Shown: positions 12,509-24,518 of the stretch, one piece after another | How positions within the stretch are numbered: position 1 is the stretch's first letter | How the letters are laid out: every line of letters starts with the position of its first letter | Origin: Mercenaria mercenaria | Taxonomy: Eukaryota | Assembly: GCF_021730395.1 (NCBI RefSeq) | Contig: NC_069372.1 | Span: 63,039,754-63,103,753, forward strand | Length of the DNA: 64,000 nt | Reading direction: 5' to 3' | The notes under the pieces: model-generated | The model's input: the letters and a program-made list of their open reading frames with translations, nothing else | What the model was told of the DNA's origin: nothing | Databases searched by the model: none | Translations under genes and position numbers: made by a program

Positions 12509-13484
12509 TTTCTAAATTCTGAATATTTCAGGGAAATGTGGACAAGGTAGAATTAACAATGCAGGACAGAATGGAATGGACACGCAGATGAGACATGCTG
12601 GTCAGAATAAGGCAAGATGAAAAGTGTAAACAAGAACCATGAGATGGTACGTATCAGTAGGTATATATAGTTGCAAATTTAAGAAGTATTTTCATAATTT
12701 TGATTATTTCAGGGAAATGTGGACAAGGTGGGATTAATGATGCAGGACAGAATGGAATGGACAAGCAGATGACATGCTGGTAAGAATGAGGTTGGCAAGA
12801 ACCATGTAAACAAGAACCATGAGATGGTACTGGTAGGTATATATAATTGCAGTTTTCTAAATCTATATATTTCAGGAAAATGTGGACGAGGATGGATGAT
12901 GATTTCCATACCTTTGACTACTCTGGAGAGAATGGAATGGACAAATAGATGCTGGTCAGAATGAAGCTTACAGATGAAAACAATCAACAAGAACCGTGAG
13001 ATGGTGGGTATTTGAAGTTGCAAATTCAGGAAATATCTATAGTTAGGATTTAGCTTAAATTTTTGAATACTTGGGTATGTTGCAGCCTGACAAAATAGTG
13101 TTTTTTTATGTATTTAAAAATTTATGTTTGACATGCAGCATTGAATATAACGGAAAATGTTTAAATGTTCTGGGCTTTTTTGAGAACAGTCTCTTTATAA
13201 TTCTTATGTAAACATAAGACTAACTGTTTCTGTTATTACCTGTACTATACAGTGCACTTAATACATGTATAGCTAAGCACAGTATATTTGTACTACCACT
13301 GAAAAATGTTTTTATCCGAGTTTTATTCAAAATTCTACAATTTTTGTAGATAAAAATTGGAACATGTATAACTTATGCAGTATACTAAGTATCATTTGTA
13401 CCAAAAATTTATATCTTTATAGTATCGTTGTGCTACAGACTTACCACGATATTTGGTTGTTTGTAGGTACTGTTCCCATCAAGT

Positions 13485-13630
13485 TTGACTTAAACCCAGC
13501 AAAATAGTGCTGAACTATTGATTGGTCAGTAGGTCAAACTATGGACTAGTCAATAAGTTAAACTATGGACTGGTCAGTAAGTCAAACTATGTACTGGACA
13601 ATAGGTCATTCAAACTATGGAATGGTACTG
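13485..13630. repeat. Short tandem repeat, ~24-bp unit x ~5 (gactggtcagtaggtcaaactatg)
   Basis: Direct periodicity. Confidence 0.7.
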
Positions 13631-13709
13631 TATATAAGAATTCATGTGATAAAGAGTCTTGTAAATGGCAGATATTGTTTATGTTATGAGATGCTTTATT
13701 TCTTTCAGG

Positions 13710-13790
13710 TGTGTTGAGGTGAAACCTGATGATTCCATGGAAGACTGTCTTCGGCTGATGTACAAAAAGCCTGGCAATAGCTTCTGAAAG
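13710..13790 (+). CDS. Weak candidate terminal coding exon (...CVEVKPDDSMEDCLRLMYKKPGNSF*)
   Basis: Acceptor ttatttctttcag at 13697-13709. Open frame (frame +2) to TGA at ~13788. Slightly GC-richer than the flanks. There is no canonical donor and it is not phase-compatible with the 4252 donor. Confidence 0.12.
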
Positions 13791-14696
13791 CGGGGACACA
13801 TATATCAGTAAGTTAACATTTTTCATTTTATAGTTATTGTCCATGTGCAGTCACATGGAGGAAAGATTCACAAGGGCAAAAATTAATCTCGAACAAAAAA
13901 TCGCATTTAATTTGGAAGTCAAGTGAGTGAATTATCTCATCAGTTCTTCACAATAAATAAAATAATGTAAAATATTGAATAAAATAATAAAAAAAACTAA
14001 CAGAATAAATAAAAATAATTTTTGGGGGAAAAAGTGACTCTTTTCTAATGCTACCTGATTTTAAGTTTGTCTAAAATTGCTTGATTGAGACTGTTTATAT
14101 TTGGCTGTTAATGAGAAGTTGATAGAAATAGAAAAAAATCTCGATATAAAAATGTTAATTAGAGCAATGACAAACTTAAAATCTGGAGGTCCCAAGTCCT
14201 CAGAAAAGCAGAGGGAAAAGGAGCTGCTGCCTTGGTTGTCTTAAAACTTAAAACAGAAATAACTTGGTTGTTTTAAACTCAAAATTTGAAATTATCAAAA
14301 AAATGCAGTTTTTATTGTTATCGTTTCATATGTGGCTGTGTCTCAGAAGTTCGGGCATTGCTCAGAAGTAATCAGAAGTAAAGTATTATGCAGAAATCAT
14401 CTCTTCAAGTTATAAAATGGTTTTCAGGAGAAAACATACAAGGAGCTGTAAATATATTTTTGTAAATCAGCTGCAGCAAATTTCCATTTCAGCTTCTTAA
14501 AGGATCAAGGCTCCAGGTTTGGAAATCACTCACAACTAGGGCTGGGACAATTTCAGAATTTTGAAACCGGTTAAACTGTTGAAGAATTATTGATATATTG
14601 TAAACATAAGACCATTATCCAGGTTGACAGATTGTAGATTATTTACTTGTCATTGAGTCTGCAAAATTACCTAAATGTGAATTATCAATTTTGTTA

Positions 14697-15100
14697 ATGT
14701 AGTTCTGCACGTTTGGATCGAAATTTTTTCTACAATGTAGAATTTGATTAAACTCTGATTTTTCAAAACTTCAGAATATACCTAGAAAATTCAGCAAATA
14801 AAAAAGATAGGGTCATGTGCCTGATTTTTTGCTAGACTGATTTAAAAAATTTGGACCTCACGCAATATTTCATAATGGGAGTCTATGGGAAAATTATAAC
14901 TTTCATAACATTTTCGCAAATAGAAATTTTTCTACAATGTAGATTGTGATGACACTTCTCACAGTTGTAAATAAACATATGGCCTATAATTTGGTGAAAA
15001 AAAATGTATAGGTCCTTGTGCTTATTTTTGAGATTTTTGACCAAGATTAAAGTGAACCGGACATTTCACGCTAATTTTAAGACATTTTTTGAATTTTTTA
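14697..15100 (+). repeat. Dispersed repeat family (two direct sub-copies of ~130 bp) with an inverted partner at 22135-22330
   Basis: aatgtagttctgcacgtttggatcgaaattttttctacaatgtagaatttg matches the reverse complement of 22280-22326. 14801-14940 matches the reverse complement of 22140-22275 (cccatagagttccataatgaaaac...aatcagtctagcaaaaagtcc). Confidence 0.6.
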
Positions 15101-16398
15101 ACCTGTCATATATTTTAATATCATATTTTGACTTAGTAATATAGCAATAGTGCCATTGTAATAACTTGACACACAGGTTTCGATTAAATCATAAAATTAT
15201 TTTCATTTCTGTACGCCAAATCCAGGCTTTATTCTACGTTTTCAGGATAAATAACGTTACGCTGTCACTTCCGATTTATCAAACATGCAGAACTACCTTA
15301 AATAGCAAGTAAAGACAAAGTCCAGAATGATAGAAGTTGAGCAAATCCATCTGTGTTTGGATCATGCCCATATCCTGTCTAATTATCTTGCACTTTATAT
15401 TTCAATTATCACAAATTACACAGAACAACAGGAACTGCTGCCATATAACAACTGGATGTAGCTGAGAGTAACAGACTGATGAAGCCGTTGGAAAAGTTCC
15501 ACTAGATATAAATCAGAAAACTTCACAAACATAATGTTATTTTGGGAAAGTAACAAGATCATGATTAAGTTAGGACATTTTGTTGTGTGATCTGCCATTG
15601 AGTCAAGTTGATTAAGTAATTAATCAACATCTTCTCTAATGTATAGGATAAAACAAGTATTGAAAGTACAAATGCCTTCTTAAAGGAAGTGTAACAAACA
15701 GTTGTATTCCATTTGTGTTGGCAGAGTTGTCTCCCTTTGTAAAAGAATAATGAAATTAAGCAACTATATTTCTGGATGATAAATTACATATTTTATTTTA
15801 CATATTTTTCTTTAGCAATAGAGGGAAATGATCAACTACAGTTAATCTGTTTCAACATTTACCAAGTCCAGGAAATCCCTAATACTGAATACAGGAGATT
15901 CTGATTAAAGTCTGGTTAGGTGGTTCTGACGCCTTGTAAAGCAAAAGAAAAGCAGCGCATGGTCAGTCAGTATAATATCAATAATGTAAGTTGCTTTTTG
16001 TCAGTGCAGCTATACAAAGTACAGTATATAGAGAGCTATCCTAACCACCTTGGCATCCACCTCTGCCTCTTGGTTAACATTTTGATGTACTTTTACTTTA
16101 TCTCTATTACATGTATTTCATTATACATTTGCTCCAAGCTTAAAAATATAACCATTAAAGCTTAGTTTTTCCTCACCATCACCCTCATCACATGGCCATA
16201 ACTCTCAAGCCAATATTTCATTAGTTATGCCCCCTTTAAAGTTTATAATTAGAATTTCAGGTTAAAGTATTGATGCACTTTCACTCCATGTTAGTACTGA
16301 ATGGATTTGGTTCAAACTTTAAATATTTGTCTGATGTCACCTGCATCATATGACAAAGGTTAACACTAGCTCCAGTATAGTACGAGTTATTACATGCT

Positions 16399-17037
16399 TT
16401 TTAGCTCCACTTTTCAAAGAGAAAGTAGAGCTATTGCACTCGCCCCGGTGTCGGCGTTGGCGTTGTTTAAAGTTTTTGATAATGTCAAATATCTCTGTTA
16501 CTATCAAAGCTATTGACTTGAAACTTGAAATACTTATTTTCTATCAAAGTCTACACCAGGAGAAACATTCCCCATAACTCTGATTTGGATTTTGTCAGAA
16601 TTATGCCCCTTTTTAACATGGAATTTTTGGTTAAAGTTTTTGATAAAGTCAAATATCTCCATTACTATTAAAGCTTTTGACTTGAAACTTAAAAGAGTTA
16701 TTTACTATCAAAGTCTTCACCTGGAGAAACAATTTCCATTACTCTGATTTGAATTTTGACAGAATTATGCCCCTTTTTAACTTAGGATTTTTTGTTAAAT
16801 TTTTTGATAAAGTCTAATATCTCTGTTACTATTAAAGCTTTTGACTTGAAACTTAAAGTTGTTATTTACTATCAAATGCTACATCTGGAGAAACAATCCC
16901 CATTACTCTGATTTGAATTTTTGAGTTGTGTCCCTTTTTAACTAGGAATTTATTATTTTTTTTACTGGCAAAGCTCTTATTCAGAGTCAAGCACTGAGAA
17001 AAGTCGAGCATGCTGTCTGTAAGACAGCTTTTGTTTT
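16399..17037 (-). mobile_element. A-ii-type satellite-carrying element (GC-rich tail, 3.5 monomers of ~173 bp, terminal hairpin)
   Basis: It starts tttagctccacttttcaaagagaaagtagagctattgcactcgccccggtgtcggcgttggcg. Monomers read gttaaagtttttgataa(a/t)gtcaaatatctc...aattatgcccctttttaac. It ends gagaaaagtcgagcatgctgtctgtaagacagcttttgtttt. A same-family copy in + orientation lies at 58244-59185. Confidence 0.7.
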
Positions 17038-18270
17038 TATCCTCCATTAAGTTGAAGTGGAACTGATAATGTGAATTTTTTCTGTACTGACATCTGTATT
17101 TCATGTCTTGCACATGATTTCATTTTAATGTGTGTCTTTGCGATAAACTATTTATTAACAACAGTATTGTCAATTTGTTTTCAAGGGTTGACGATCACAT
17201 CTGAGCAACGTTTTATTTTTTTCAGTCTTCATGTATTCTGTTAAAGATTTATTTTAAGAAACAAAAAGACCAACTACATATAGTTAGATTCTTATTCAAA
17301 ATGTGTATTTTTATTACTTTTCAGGCAATTTTGTAATTGCCTCCCTTTAATGTAAAAGTATTTATATAAAGTATTGGCAAAGGGAGGTAATAATAACTAT
17401 ATAAACTTGCATTTCTAATGAATTTTGGCAAAATATATACTATTAAATGCAAATCTTAGACAAATTTGATACAGTAAAGATTATATTCATATTAGTTCTC
17501 AGGCAAAATATGTTTATTAAATAAAATAATGCCATCTTGGTAGGAAAATTAAATTTAAAAATAATTTTGGTGAAAATCTAACATGTATTAAGAACTCTAT
17601 GAACACAGATAAGTAAATGATTAGTTGTTAAGTTTGAACTAATTCATTCCTTGACCAGAGTTTTAGTTGACCAAAATCTGATTTACCATTGAACAACGTT
17701 TTAACATTTTTTAAATATCAGGTGCATACATTGTATTTCTAGATAAAAAGCTAAAAGCCAGTAATTATACCCTGTTATCATTAATTTTAATGCACTGTCA
17801 CTCTGTCTAAGTTATTACAGTGGAACCTGTCTAATCCAAACACGCTTGGACTAGAAAAAAAGTCTGAATTAATATAGATTAATCCTTCCAATTAATCTTG
17901 TTTATTCTGGCTAAATTCCAATTTAATTGTTTGTGCGTAAGTTTGCACCGGTTGCCATAACGCTAAGTCGTTGCTATGGTATGTATCGCGAGATTTCGTA
18001 GCAGACGATAATTTAAAAAGAAAAGTCACGTTTGCCGTGCTTCCGATTTGCCATTCAGCACGAGGCCGTTTTAAGAACAACCCACCCACCGCACCCCTTT
18101 TTTAGCATAATTTAAATACTATTTCGTTTGTTTTATGATACTATAGATTTTCAATCTATAATTATAATGGAAAAATATTAAAAGGTAGTTACATGTTATA
18201 TGCTATACTTGCCTTTTTTTTTTTGCAACATTCTTGTTACTTTTTTGCTGCCGAGTTGTTTCCCTTTTTC

Positions 18271-18506
18271 AGAATGCTTTACTTTTTATGGCATCAGATG
18301 TTAAGGCACATGAGTCAAGAAACATTATAACCAGACAGAAAAGGCACAAAATGCTATTTATGAAGTTCAACATAATAGTAACGTTCAGAAGCCGACGATT
18401 ATATCATTCAGTCTTATTCGGAAGGATCACAGGATACGATGGAAAGCCAATACCTATCTGTGACACTGTGCTGGATGTGTATTCTGTACTAGTTCAAAGA
18501 ATCTAA
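18271..18506 (+). CDS. Very weak candidate small ORF or terminal exon (MASDVKAHESRNIITRQKRHKMLFMKFNIIVTFRSRRLYHSVLFGRITGYDGKPIPICDTVLDVYSVLVQRI*)
   Basis: Preceded by tttccctttttcag (acceptor-like). Lies in a locally CpG-richer patch (17900-19620). No recognisable domain. Confidence 0.1.
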
Positions 18507-19104
18507 TTATATGGACCGTTAACATTCACAAGTGTTAACTTTTACTTATGTTTAAACGTGCTTATTTGAAAAACTTGACTCTTTAAGACATTTTGCCTAA
18601 ATTTATGATTATGATTACTTATACCATTTGTAAATCAGATATACATGGTGACATTTATAAATGATGTGAAGTGCCTGCGTTAAGGAGATACATATATTCC
18701 TGTTTGTCATTTTGAAAATGCTTAGCTTGTTATCTTAAGCCGGTGCCGTAACTTACAACTTTAAACTCTAAATATTTTCTTTTACTTTCTTCTCTTTTAT
18801 TGATCTTCTCTCTTCTAATCTTTCTTTTGTCATACCGGCGGAAGATTCTTACGTCTGGGTGCGACTTGGGCATGCCATACTGAGTTGTTAACTGTCAATT
18901 ACTAAATCTTTTTGCATACTCATGGGTCCCTGACCAGCCGCCGCCATTCAACGGGGTTGGTGACACTCGTGGGTTCAAAATTCATTTTTATGGTTCATTT
19001 TTTCGAGCATATAAGAATTAGCCAGAGAGCGAAAAGGGCTAGGCGTTCTTATAGTTGCTCAACCATTTACATAGGTTACATTTGTTGTTATTAGGTTTAT
19101 GTTG

Positions 19105-19435
19105 CGCCAATGGTACCTGGTCCGTATAGGGTACATGGAAGTACCTGGTTATTGTATGGTACCAAAGGGGTACCTGGTAAGTATATGGTACATGGAAGTA
19201 CCTGGTTACTGTATGGTACCAAAGGGGTACCTGGTTTGTATATGGTACCAAAGGGTGCCGGGTTCGTATATGGTACATGGAAGTACCATATGGTACATGG
19301 AAGTACCTGGTTCGTGTATGGTACCAAAGGGGTATCTGGTTTGTATATGGTACATGGAAGTACCTGGTTCTTATATGGTACCAAAGGCGGTGCCTGGTTC
19401 TACCTGGTTAACCGTACCGAAGGGTACGGGGGATG
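19105..19435. repeat. Minisatellite with 30/60-bp period (ggtacctggtt..tgtatggtaccaaagggg alternating with tacatggaagtacc), ~5.5 x 60 bp
   Basis: Direct periodicity. Flanked by a 10-bp inverted repeat gttgcgccaa (19089-19098) and ttggcgcaac (19464-19473). Confidence 0.8.
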
Positions 19436-19924
19436 GCATGGCATAGTGTTTGTACAATATTTTTGGCGCAACGAGGTTCGAATCATCTAAGGCATGCCCG
19501 GGTCGCGCCCTTTGTGAGGATCTTCAACTTCAATCGCCATTTAACGTTTGAAGTCTTAAGCCATCGTGACCGTCTTTCAATCCACACTTACCCTAAACGA
19601 AAAATAAACTTGTGTTTATAATCGGAAGTGTTTTTATTTTCTTTTAAACATGAAAGCTTGGGTTTTATGATGGTACGTCAACCCAGGAATTTGATCCTAG
19701 AATAAAGGGGTTTTCGGATTAGAAAGGTTTCTATTTTAGAACAAAAAATTATGTTGTTTGTTACACATGAAGTGTAAATTTATCTTTTTTTGTACAGACT
19801 AATAAAAATAATCAAATTATAAGCAGCATGTAGATTGCTTTAGTGTAATGTAAATTTCATGTTAATTCAACTTCTCACAAGGCAGTCTGAAAGACAGCTA
19901 AATCCCCCGCCACTGCTATGGATA

Positions 19925-21010
19925 GTGAAAGGGTAAACCTTTGATTTTAGCTGTGACCTTGACCTTGAACTGACATGGCTGACTCATGAATTCTGCACAA
20001 CGTCTTGATGAGGTGATCATTTGACCCAAGTTTCATGAAAATCCTTCAAGGGGTTTAGGAGATACAGAGCTGAAACCTTTGACCTTCAGTTGTGATCTTG
20101 ACCTTGAGTTGACATGGCTGACTCATGAGTTCTTGATGAGGTGATCATTTGACCCAAGTTTGGTGAAAATCCTTCAAGGGGTTTAGGAGATACAGAGTGG
20201 ACACAAATTGGAAGGCTCAAACCTTCGACCCTTAGTTGTGACCTTGACCTTGAGCTGGCATGGTTGACTCATAATTTCTGCACATCATTTTGATGAGGTA
20301 ATCATTTTACCCAAGTTTTATAAAATTCCTTCAAGGGGTTTAGGAGATATAGAGTGGACACGAAATGGAAGGCTCAAACCTTTGACCTTCAGTTGTGACC
20401 TTAACCTTGAGCCGACATGGCTGACTCATAAGTTCTGCACATCACCTTGATGAGGTGATCGTTTGACCCAAGTTTGATGAAAATCCTTCAAGGAGTTTAG
20501 GAGATATAGAGCGGACACAAAATGGAACGCTCAAACCTTTGACCTTAAGTTGTGACCTTGACCTTGAGCAGGCATGACTGACTCATGGGTTCTGCACATC
20601 GTCTTGATGAGGTGATCATTTGACCCAATTTGATAAAATTCCTTCAAGGGGTTTAGGAGATATAGAGCGGACACAAAATGGAAGGCTCAAACCTTTGACC
20701 TTGAGTTGTGACCTTGATCTTGAGCCGACAAGGCTGACCCATGGGTTCTGCACATTGTCTTGATGAGGTGATCATTTGACCCAAGTTTCATGAAAATCCT
20801 TCAAGGAGTTTAGAAGATATAGAGCAGACACAAAATGGAAGGTTCAAAACCTTTGACCCTAAGTTGTGACCTTGACCTTGAGCCAGCATGGCTGACTCAT
20901 GGGTTCTGCACATCATCTTGATGAGGTGATCAATTGACCCAAGTTTTATAAAATTCCTTCAAGGGGTTTATGAGATATAGAGCGGACACAAAATGGCAGG
21001 CTCAAACCTT
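19925..21010 (+). repeat. C-family satellite array, ~157-bp monomer x ~7, with no recognisable element termini (truncated)
   Basis: The monomer is tgacccaagttt.atgaaaatccttcaagg.gtttaggagata.agag.ggacacaaaatggaagg.tcaaacctttgacc.t.agttgtgaccttgaccttgag..g.catggctgactcatg.gttctgcaca.c.tcttgatgaggtgatcattt. It is related to the arrays at 42030-42560 and 50000-51100 (gtgaccttgacctt...gacctgg...atgaca..gatatggaccggacacgaaa). Confidence 0.85.
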
Positions 21011-21507
21011 TTATTAAATATCACTTGTAAACATTTTTTTCACCACTCCTACATTCCCAGGAAGTAGCTTAAAGAAGACTATTTTACTTGACCGGTTTTT
21101 GTAATAATCCGATTTAGTACCACTTTTTGAGGAAGGTACAGATTAATAAGGATCTATTACATTAGCAGTACTTATTGCACATAATGTCTATAATTCTTAC
21201 ATTATTTCTGTTCAAACAAAGTATTTGAACTTACTTCTTTCACACCTGTGCTTATTGCATGGATCTACAAAACAAAACTGACATGACTTTTGATTACCAG
21301 TGTTTGGACCTATTGTTGTTGACATCTTTATAAAGAGTAATAGCTAAAATTGTAAACAGACTGAAAAATGTCAAAATGTGAGCAAGATCCCTTCATTAAA
21401 TTGCACTGTGTAATGTAAATACAATCAAACCTGTGTTAAGACCACCCCAGAACAGAGACCATCTGGCTCTAAAAACCACAGGTTTTGTTTCCCATTATAA
21501 CATACAA

Positions 21508-21590
21508 CAAGGGCGGTTATATGTCGTCCGAAATAATTTCACTCGGGCTGCACCCTTGTGAAATTATTACGCCCGACGTATAACCACCCA
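21508..21590. other. Isolated ~83-bp imperfect hairpin (arms ~36 nt, loop ~7 nt)
   Basis: gggcggttatatgtcgtccgaaataatttcactcggg ctgcacc cttgtgaaattattacgcccgacgtataaccaccc. Confidence 0.55.
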
Positions 21591-22134
21591 TTGTGTATAA
21601 ATTGTGATAAAGCACTGTTTTGCTATAAATTATTTCTTAAATAATTTTATGAATTAAAGGAAACCTGTGAGGGAATTAATAGACTGGCTCCCGTCTCTAT
21701 GTTTATTCTTATTTACATATATCAGTTTTCTTCATTAAGAGGGAAGTAACTCCAGAAGGCTGTTTCTACATTGAGATTTTTTATTGCCCCTGGCTCCGAA
21801 CATATGTATGGTTCAGCCATCGGATAAAATTGTGCTATTTTAGAGGCGTAAAATTTTCTTACAAAATGTTTCCAGTATTTTTATAAAAATAACCATGCAG
21901 CCAGGCAGCCAGGCTAGGGAATTTACTACAATAGAAACATTACTATCTTAAGTAAAATATGATATTAAAATATGTGAAACATAAAAAATTCAAAATAATG
22001 GCTTAAAACCAGCTTGAAATGTGTGGACCACTTAAATCTTGGGCAAATATCTCATAAACAAGCACACAGACCTATACATTTCATTTCACCATATTATAGG
22101 TCATATGTATATTTACAACTTGAGAAGTTTCATT

Positions 22135-22330
22135 AAAATCTACATTATAGAAAAAACTCTATTGGCGAAAATGTTATGAAAATTGTGATTTTCCCATAGA
22201 GTTCCATAATGAAAACTTGTGTGAGGTTCTAATTTTTAAAATCAGTCTAGCAAAAAGTCCTGAAAAGTCAGGGTTTATTCAAATTCTACATGTAGAAAAA
22301 ATTGATGGGAACGTGCAGAACTACCTTAAG
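22135..22330 (-). repeat. Inverted copy of the 14697-15100 repeat family
   Basis: See 14697-15100. Confidence 0.6.
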
Positions 22331-22995
22331 AAAAATGTGGAAATTCATAAGAAGTATATACCTAAGATGACTTGTTAATAAAAAATATTGAAACTTTTTA
22401 ACCAAAAAGAACTCGGATAATATTTAGTTTAAAATTATTCTTTCTGGCTTTTTCAGATCCTATATCTCAAAGCATCAACACTACAACCAGAGCTTATGAA
22501 GAGAATCGCCTATACATGAAGAAGTTTTAAATAAACACATAAACTAAGACAGACACCACCTAGGATTTGTGATTTTTGTTTTAAATTAAGGGACTACTGC
22601 CAATAGTTCAAGATTTGTTAGAAAGTGTTTGTGGTGCTTACTTTAATTAATACATGTATCCTCATAATTATTGCTTTTTTTTGTAACGATACTTATATAT
22701 TCTGTATTCTATATATTTGCTTTGAGGAAATGAGTTCATTTAGAAGAATGGAATAAATTTCATATCTAGTTGCATTTGTCATGGCCACATCTTTTTACCC
22801 TGACTGGTCATCAATTAATTATGCCCTCCTTCAAAATTGATTGGACATATTGTTTTGCTCATTGTCTGTCTGTCTGGCTGTACGGTTGGTATACCGTTTG
22901 GGTTTCTGGTCAACAACTAGAGAGTGCTTGGTCTCACAATGATTTAACTTTACAGGATGATGGCCTCTAGACAGTATATGATTTTTTTTAACCTC

Positions 22996-23956
22996 AACTA
23001 TTCGAAGAATAGTCTAGCTATTCTACTCACCCTGGCGTCGACGTCGGCGTCACACCTTGGTTAAGTTTTTGCATGCAAGTACATACAGCCATCACTTAAA
23101 GGCATATAGCTTTGAAACTTAATTTCTCTTTTTCTAGGTCAATTACCAACCTCTCTGGGTCAAGTCCCATAACTCTGACATGTATTTTGAGAAAATTATG
23201 CCCCCTTTTGGACTTAAAGTTTTACATGCAAGTTACTATCTCCAAAACTAATGCAGATATTGATTTGAAACTTTACGTGTCTTCGGGGTTATAAAACTAG
23301 TTGATAGCAGCTAGTCCCATAACTCTGACCTTCATTTTGGCCGAATTATGCCCTCCTTTTGGACTTTAAGCAAATTCTGGTTAAAGTTTTGTGTGCAAGT
23401 ACATACAGCTATTACTAAAAGACATATAGATTTGAAACTTATTTTTTCTTTTTCTAGATCAATTACTAACCTCACTGGATCAAGTCCCATAACTCTTACT
23501 TGTATTTTGAGCAAATTATTCCCCTTTTTGGACTTAGAAAATCCTGGTTAAAGTTTTGCGTGCAAGTACATACAGCAATTACTAAAAGGCATATAGATTT
23601 GAAACTTATTTTTTCTTTTTCTAGATCAATTACCAACCTCACTGGGTCAAGTTCCATAACTCTGGCATGTATTTTGGGCAAATTATGCCCCCTTTTTGAC
23701 TTTGAAAATTCTGGTTAAAGTTTTACATGCGAGTTTCTATCTCCAAAACTAATGCAGATATTGAATTGAAACTTCACGTGCCTTCGGGGTTATAAAACTA
23801 GTTGATAGCAGCAAGTCCCATAACTGATATGCATTTTGGTCAAATTATGCCCCCTTTTGAACTTAAAACTCTTTTGATATTTAACCTTTTTGGGTAATAT
23901 TTTCCTGCTTCTGGGACAATATTTCGAATAGTTGAGCTTGGCTGTCTTATGGACAG
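22996..23956 (-). mobile_element. A-iii-type satellite-carrying element (GC-rich tail, ~5.5 monomers of ~152 bp, terminal hairpin)
   Basis: It starts aactattcgaagaatagtctagctattctactcaccctggcgtcgacgtcggcgtcacacc. Monomers read ggttaaagttttgcgtgcaagtacatacagc.attactaaaaggcatatagatttgaaac...aaattatgccccctttttgac. It ends tttcgaatagttgagcttggctgtcttatggacagctcttgtttt. A + orientation copy lies at 60634-62124. Confidence 0.75.
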
Positions 23957-23959
23957 CTC

Positions 23960-24012
23960 TTGTTTTATTTGAGTTTTACGTCGCACCAACACAGTATAGG
24001 TTATATGGCGCC
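23960..24012 (-). mobile_element. 5'-truncated SINE 3'-tail fragment
   Basis: gagttttacgtcgcaccaacacagtataggttatatggcgcc matches the tail motif tttaacgtcgcaccgacac.t.ataggt.atatggc at 30301-30340 and 63490-63530. Confidence 0.5.
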
Positions 24013-24518
24013 AAACAGGACTACAAATTTTGGTTTCACATCTCATTTACATCGAAATAAAAAAAGTATATGACTCGTATGGTTTTGGGGTTCAGTAGGT
24101 GAAAGTGATCTAGAGACAGTAAACAGTTTCTGCTCTATAATGAAAAAAATACTTTGGCTGTCAGTCTTTGTAGGAGATCATATTTTTGAGGTCATTTGGT
24201 TAAAGGTCAAGGTCATAGCTACGTACTCGACTCCCAACAGGCCACCATTGGGGATGCGGCATGTGTTTAAAAATGGCTCTTGTTTGACTTGGAGACTGTT
24301 GGAGCATACTATATATTATATTCCAGTGCTATTTAATGAAATATAAATACATTGTACACGTTTGATATATCATATATTTTGACCATTCCATTAGGAGTTA
24401 CGAATTTATCTTGTTTCCAACTTGAGTTTGTGTTTGTTTTTTTTTCCTATAGGGCCATGTTAAAGATGCTCACTGCAATTTCTTGTGTGAGAGATGGGGC
24501 AAATATTTCCCAATAGTT

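Larger units (their letters stand above)
9135..13045 (+). repeat. Satellite array, ~170-180-bp monomer, ~18 copies, interrupted by a MITE (9170-9419), a unique segment (11040-11240) and an A-i element (11572-12508)
   Basis: The monomer is ggaaatgtggatgagggtgattaaagaagcaggagagaa.ggaatggacaaac.gatgacatggaggtcagaatgagactgacagatgaaaagcgtaaacaagaaaaatgagatggc.ggtatgtaatattgctaattgaggaagtattttctaacatttagatatttcag. Period checked at 10394-10563 (170 bp). Confidence 0.9.

Noticed and set aside
4253-13709. Direct splicing of the 4252 donor to the 13710 acceptor as two exons of one gene
   Set aside because: Phase mismatch: the 4252 donor is phase 0, and the only open frame after 13709 needs phase 2. 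The 13710 candidate is also weak (81 nt, no donor or poly(A) signal examined).
19440-19520. tRNA-like GGTTCGAATC box at 19471-19480
   Set aside because: No upstream D-arm or anticodon-arm structure and no acceptor pairing. It is an isolated B-box-like decamer.
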